Shown here: positions 59,919 through 64,000 of the stretch, piece by piece
Layout of the letters: the number at the start of each line of letters is the position of its first letter
How positions within the stretch are numbered: position 1 is the first letter of the stretch
Virus record (IMG/VR): IMGVR_UViG_3300040758_000214
Span: 32,001-96,000 of that record
Length of the DNA stretch: 64,000 bases
Strand: one strand, 5' to 3'
Source of the DNA: a virus
Program-made: the position numbers and the translations under genes
Notes under the pieces: generated by a model
The model's database searches: none
Seen by the model: only the letters and a program-made list of their open reading frames with translations
Told to the model about the DNA's origin: nothing

Positions 59919-60791
59919 TTATGCCGAAATAGTTTGAGTAATAATTTTTACTAAATATTTATTCTGTCTTGCTAAAGGCATACAAACTCTATAAGTCATA
60001 TTTTTATCTATTAACATTGATAAAATCTGTTCTCTAACATCATCAACATCTTTTAATTGTGTCATTCTTATTTCTTTTATATTTTCTTTTTTTTCATCTT
60101 TTAGAGAAAATAATATTGGAAACTTTTTATTTCTTTCTATAATATCGGATACATGAAGATCTAAATCTTCTAATATTTCATCACTATCATGACTTTCAAA
60201 TATAACATTGACTCCATCATTATAATTTTTAAATTCATAAAAGTCAGATTTTGTTAAATCTAAATCAATTGAATATAATTTTTTTAAATCTACTAATTCT
60301 TTAATCATTCCACTTTCAAAATATTGAGTAGCCATTAATGCAGCCATTTCAATTTTAGATTTACTAAGTTCTACAGAATATCTTGTATTTACTAATGGCT
60401 TATATGTAATATTTTTTCTACAATCTAAAACTAAAAAATCCGAATATTGAAAATACATTTTAACATCAACTCTATTATTTCTATTATTAAAATTATCAGT
60501 GCAATCTATAATTAAATCAATATTATTCGGGATTATAGTATGATCTATAAAATTTGTTTTAGAAACAATAACTTTAATATCTTTATAATCTCTAAGTATT
60601 TTATTTCTAATTGGATAAACTTTTCCTTGCCCGATATCATTTTGATTATATAATGAATTAATCAAATTTTTCTCATTGACAATATCTGAATCATATAATA
60701 ATAATTCTTTAACACAACCAGATTTAGCTAAATGATATGAAAAGAAACTCCCCAACGATCCAACTCCAGCAATTAAAATCCTATTAAACAT
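59919..60791 (-). CDS. ThiF/E1-like adenylyltransferase (divergent, second copy)
   Basis: GVGSLGS, YDSDIVNEKNL, DIGQGKV, IIDCTD; lacks the RQ motif. Confidence 0.75.
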   Translation of the reverse strand: MFNRILIAGVGSLGSFFSYHLAKSGCVKELLLYDSDIVNEKNLINSLYNQNDIGQGKVYPIRNKILRDYKDIKVIVSKTNFIDHTIIPNNIDLIIDCTDNFNNRNNRVDVKMYFQYSDFLVLDCRKNITYKPLVNTRYSVELSKSKIEMAALMATQYFESGMIKELVDLKKLYSIDLDLTKSDFYEFKNYNDGVNVIFESHDSDEILEDLDLHVSDIIERNKKFPILFSLKDEKKENIKEIRMTQLKDVDDVREQILSMLIDKNMTYRVCMPLARQNKYLVKIITQTISA

Positions 60792-60801
60792 AATACTCCT
60801 T

Positions 60802-61035
60802 CTACTGCTTGAAATTCTCCATCCGTTCTACAATATCATTAATTTCGCCTTGTAAAAACTTAACTTCTGACAAACTAAGTCTTCCTAGTTTTAAAAATTT
60901 TCCGTCATTTGATATTCTTGTCAATTGTAATTTAGGGGCTCCACCCTTATAAGAATAAACTTCACCTTTAATATTAACATCATCTTCTAAAGGTTTAATT
61001 TCAAATAATAATTTGTCATCTTCTTGATTATACAT
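60802..61035 (-). CDS. small PC4-like putative ssDNA-binding protein
   Basis: VYSY.GG.PKLQLTR...KLGRL pattern. Confidence 0.45.
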   Translation of the reverse strand: MYNQEDDKLLFEIKPLEDDVNIKGEVYSYKGGAPKLQLTRISNDGKFLKLGRLSLSEVKFLQGEINDIVERMENFKQ

Positions 61036-61054
61036 TTATATCTCCTATGTTTAA

Positions 61055-61086
61055 TGAAAAGGGATATTTTTACATATCCCTTTTCA
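61055..61086. terminator. hairpin terminator
   Basis: tgaaaagggatat/atatcccttttca inverted repeat. Confidence 0.65.
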
Positions 61087-61105
61087 ATTTTATTAAACAA
61101 CTTTA

Positions 61106-61567
61106 TTATTCGGAATAGATATCTATATGATCAGGCATGTATTCACTTTTGAATTGAAAATATTTTGCTGCTACTTTTATGGGATAACTCTTTGGAACAT
61201 CTATTTTTATTCCAGATTTATCATTTTTCTTTGCTGGACAAAATAATAAATTATTTTGAATGGCTTCTTGTGCAGCTCTTTCTAATTTTTCAGAATCTGA
61301 AATAATAATTTTTTCAATCCAAAATTCAACATTCCTATCAGGGATTATTTCATATGAATTTTCTCCGCTCATTAAAGCTTTCATTGCTCTTCCAAAAGCA
61401 ATATTTCTAGATTTCTTTCTAATATGATTATCTAGAATTGAACAGATAGAAATTCCCCTTGCAATTAATTTTCTATCTGCATCTTCAATTTCACATACTG
61501 TAAATGCATTATTTAGTATGTCAGTTTTTTTATATGAATATCTTATTCTTAGATTACTCACGTCCAT
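61106..61567 (-). CDS. hypothetical phage protein
   Basis: TVC...ARGISICS..D....RNIA.GRA. Confidence 0.6.
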   Translation of the reverse strand: MDVSNLRIRYSYKKTDILNNAFTVCEIEDADRKLIARGISICSILDNHIRKKSRNIAFGRAMKALMSGENSYEIIPDRNVEFWIEKIIISDSEKLERAAQEAIQNNLLFCPAKKNDKSGIKIDVPKSYPIKVAAKYFQFKSEYMPDHIDIYSE

Positions 61568-61591
61568 ATCTATCTCCAGACTATGTTTTTT

Positions 61592-61623
61592 AGGGATGCA
61601 TTACTTTAATATAATGCATCCCT
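61592..61623. terminator. hairpin downstream of Ubl gene
   Basis: agggatgcatta/taatgcatccct inverted repeat. Confidence 0.65.
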
Positions 61624-61638
61624 TCCAATTAATAAAAA

Positions 61639-62283
61639 TTACCCTTTACGGCCACTAGTTTTCAGATATTCAAGATTATCATTTTCCTGAATAACATAAT
61701 TCAATCCTACTTCTTTTCCACACGCAAGGGCACGAGGAATATTGCTACCAATATTCAGAACTTCCTTAAGAAACTCTGCAACCTGTCCAACAGTTTTTCC
61801 GATTACATTAAAATTCCCAGAGGAAGCTCCACAAGAAACATGAATAGTGGATTTAATTCTATCGGATGAAGAATTAGGATTAACAACAGTATTCTTCATT
61901 GTTATTTCCATCGTAGAAATACCACCAATTGACGGACCAGTAACTGTGGATCTTACAGGAGCACTAGCCACACCAATCTTAGAAAGAATAGCTGCAACTA
62001 ATTCATCCTTAGGTTTTTTACTCATTCCAGAAATACTAAGTTCCTGACAAATTTCACGAAGATCAGAATTGGTCAACTCTAGAAGACCTTCTTTTGTATA
62101 ACGAGGAGCTGTAGCAGAAGAAGTCTGATTGTTGGCGGTTGAACCAGCCTTGGATAAAATTGCTTCCATGATAACATCTTTACGTGCTTTACTCATTCCA
62201 GTGATACCAAGACTCTGGCAAATTTCACGAAGCTCACCATTGGTTTTTTCAACTAATTCGCCATAATTATAAGTTCTTGCCAT
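61639..62283 (-). CDS. ubiquitin-like (beta-grasp) protein fused to two Rho-N/HeH repeats
   Basis: Two repeats LREICQ.L.I.GMSK..KD....AIL; C-terminal ~70 aa with GKTV..V...L...LNI, V..NY.I.END.LEY, ending KTSGRKG. Confidence 0.75.
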   Translation of the reverse strand: MARTYNYGELVEKTNGELREICQSLGITGMSKARKDVIMEAILSKAGSTANNQTSSATAPRYTKEGLLELTNSDLREICQELSISGMSKKPKDELVAAILSKIGVASAPVRSTVTGPSIGGISTMEITMKNTVVNPNSSSDRIKSTIHVSCGASSGNFNVIGKTVGQVAEFLKEVLNIGSNIPRALACGKEVGLNYVIQENDNLEYLKTSGRKG

Positions 62284-62376
62284 TTGTAATTCTCCTATTC
62301 ATTTTTTGGTTTTTACTACAATTAAAGTTATCCTTGTATAGAAAGGATTCTTAATTTAAAATTGTATAATTTGGTC

Positions 62377-63066
62377 TTACTTTTTCAATTCTCTAGACTT
62401 TGAATCTACTTTCATTGTTGTAATGTCAAAATATGCTTCTGAGTTTTTATAATTTTCCTGCAATACATTATAAAACGCACAGCACATTAGTGTTGCCGCA
62501 GCTAAATTGGTAAAATATAATTGAGGTTCACCAGCTGCAGATAATTCTTGGCAACTCATTTCATCTGGTGATTTATCATCAGGTTCATCAATTTCTGGAT
62601 GATAATCAGTCAAACTTGGCGTTAAATCTTCACCTCCTTTTCTTACATATATTTGAACATTACCATCTACATAATCATTCCCCCCGGAGATTAATGTAAT
62701 GTTGTTCAAACTTTTTGAATAATCTGATACAAGTTTTCTAGTTTTATGATTATCAACCGCTAAAAATACAGTATCACCATCTTCAATCAAAGTATCAATT
62801 ACATCTTTATTTACATAAAATGGAAATGATTTAAATTCAATATTATTAAATTTAGATTGAAGTTCAAATGATTTCACTTGTGCCTTATTTCCCATATTGG
62901 AAAAATCTTGTCTTTCAAAATTTTTGGTTTCATATTCATCACCATCAATTAAAGTCACATTTGCTTTGGTATTTGAATAATTAATAAACCTTGAAATTTT
63001 TTCTGATAAAATAGATCCAATTCCTCCTAATCCAATAATTTTAATCGTATGGCCAGAGTGGTACAC
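62377..63066 (-). CDS. E1/ThiF-family Ubl-activating enzyme
   Basis: GLGGIGS, IDGD...NFERQ, NKA, AVDNHKTR, SGGN, candidate catalytic Cys in MSCQE. Confidence 0.9.
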   Translation of the reverse strand: MYHSGHTIKIIGLGGIGSILSEKISRFINYSNTKANVTLIDGDEYETKNFERQDFSNMGNKAQVKSFELQSKFNNIEFKSFPFYVNKDVIDTLIEDGDTVFLAVDNHKTRKLVSDYSKSLNNITLISGGNDYVDGNVQIYVRKGGEDLTPSLTDYHPEIDEPDDKSPDEMSCQELSAAGEPQLYFTNLAAATLMCCAFYNVLQENYKNSEAYFDITTMKVDSKSRELKK

Positions 63067-64000
63067 TTATAAGCTCCTCTGTTTCTATAATTTTACTACG
63101 ATCATCTTTTTCTTTTTTGGTTATAAATGTATCATCTTTTTTGCATTTTTTAATCATACCTAATAATTCTTTTTCATCTTTAGCAAACTTTAAATTACAT
63201 TTATAACATGGATTAAAATATTTAGATTGTTGTGATTTAATGGCAGATGATGATATAGTTTGAGGTAAATTAGGTGTATGAATAGTTTTCTTTTGATTAT
63301 ACTCATGATCATCTACACCACCATTAACTCTATTCATATACCTATAAAACCACATATCATTTTCAAGGTCATCATTTATATTTCCACCATATCCACCATC
63401 ACTATAAAAACTATATCCATTATTATGTTGTCCATATCCTCCAAAACTATAAGCTTTTCTGAAATTATATTTCTCAACATTTATTAACCATTTTGGATCA
63501 CATTCTACACTTGATAAATGTTGTGAAATTATATATCCTGTTGTAGTTTTCATTTCCTTTTGATAAACTTTTTCTTTCCCAATTACTTCATATTTTGGTC
63601 TAAACATTGACTTAAAATATTTTGTATATTCAGTTTTATAAACTCCATCAATATAATCCAATGGATCAACTTCAACTCTATAACCATTTGACGCTATGGA
63701 TGCTACAATTTTATGAGTATCAGAATCAATTTCTCCAACAGTAATATGCAAACCATCAAAATCTTCTTCATCATGAGTATCTGTTCCAGAGTGAAAGGCG
63801 CTGAATCCTGGATGACTATGAATTGAACATACTGGTTGATAATTTTTTATAGATATCTGATAATTATCTTCCACATTAACACTTGCTCCTGAAACTGATT
63901 GCTCTGGAATATGCACCTTAAATGCCTTTTTCTTTGGATTATAATAAATAATTGCTAATCCTTCTGCTCTATGCCCATGATATACTTTTTTGAAAAAGTC
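63041..64000 (-). CDS. JAB/MPN+ metalloprotease (deubiquitinase-like), 5' truncated by window end
   Basis: HSHPGFSAFHSGTD (HxH-x7-S-x2-D), GLHIT; frame stays open 63917-64000 (DFFKKVYHGHRAEGLAIIYY) with the candidate catalytic Glu. Confidence 0.88.
   Translation of the reverse strand, partial: DFFKKVYHGHRAEGLAIIYYNPKKKAFKVHIPEQSVSGASVNVEDNYQISIKNYQPVCSIHSHPGFSAFHSGTDTHDEEDFDGLHITVGEIDSDTHKIVASIASNGYRVEVDPLDYIDGVYKTEYTKYFKSMFRPKYEVIGKEKVYQKEMKTTTGYIISQHLSSVECDPKWLINVEKYNFRKAYSFGGYGQHNNGYSFYSDGGYGGNINDDLENDMWFYRYMNRVNGGVDDHEYNQKKTIHTPNLPQTISSSAIKSQQSKYFNPCYKCNLKFAKDEKELLGMIKKCKKDDTFITKKEKDDRSKIIETEELISVPLWPYD

Noticed and set aside
59919-63066. Thiamine/molybdopterin biosynthesis role for the ThiF genes
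   Set aside because: No ThiG/ThiS-GG/MoaE/cysteine desulfurase context. The JAB and E2-like neighbours and the multi-domain Ubl fit conjugation better, though a biosynthetic role is not formally excluded.
314-63487. Short opposite-strand ORFs in the track (e.g. 314, 1426, 1793, 5196, 13706, 30073, 35598, 46898, 51156, 57962, 63278)
   Set aside because: They lie antisense to well-supported genes and have shadow-ORF composition with no recognisable motifs.
1-64000. Genome-wide stop codon reassignment (TGA or TAG)
   Set aside because: Long conserved genes are intact in the standard code and many end in TGA or TAG with tight packing. Only two isolated in-frame stops were found, of different types.

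Overview
Very AT-rich, gene-dense segment of a large (jumbo-type) tailed myophage, read in the standard genetic code. It has three blocks. (i) 1-13.1 kb, minus strand: small accessory genes and nucleotide/tRNA-maintenance enzymes (NT5C-like nucleotidase, Pth2, CCA-adding enzyme, two metallophosphoesterases), with an inserted GIY-YIG homing endonuclease. (ii) 13.4-36.6 kb, virion morphogenesis: tail tube, gp26/gp51-, gp25-, gp6- and hub-like baseplate proteins, a tape measure protein with a lytic transglycosylase domain, and terminase large subunit. This block also holds eight paralogous Cys-rich proteins sharing a candidate prohead-protease site. (iii) 36.7-64 kb, minus strand: a structured ncRNA candidate, a PolB-like module, a four-copy tandem Zn-finger array, FolE2, a vWA protein, a PspA/DUF2491/AAA cluster, and unsplit RNA polymerase beta and beta' subunits. 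Directly upstream of the polymerase genes lies the main find: an apparently complete phage-encoded ubiquitin-like conjugation system (JAB protease, E1/ThiF, Ubl fused to two Rho-N/HeH repeats, a second ThiF-like protein, an E2-like protein). Two recurring intergenic motifs (CTATATATATTAAT and TAGAACAWWW) look like phage early and late promoters. All family assignments come from motif recognition by eye; no searches were run.
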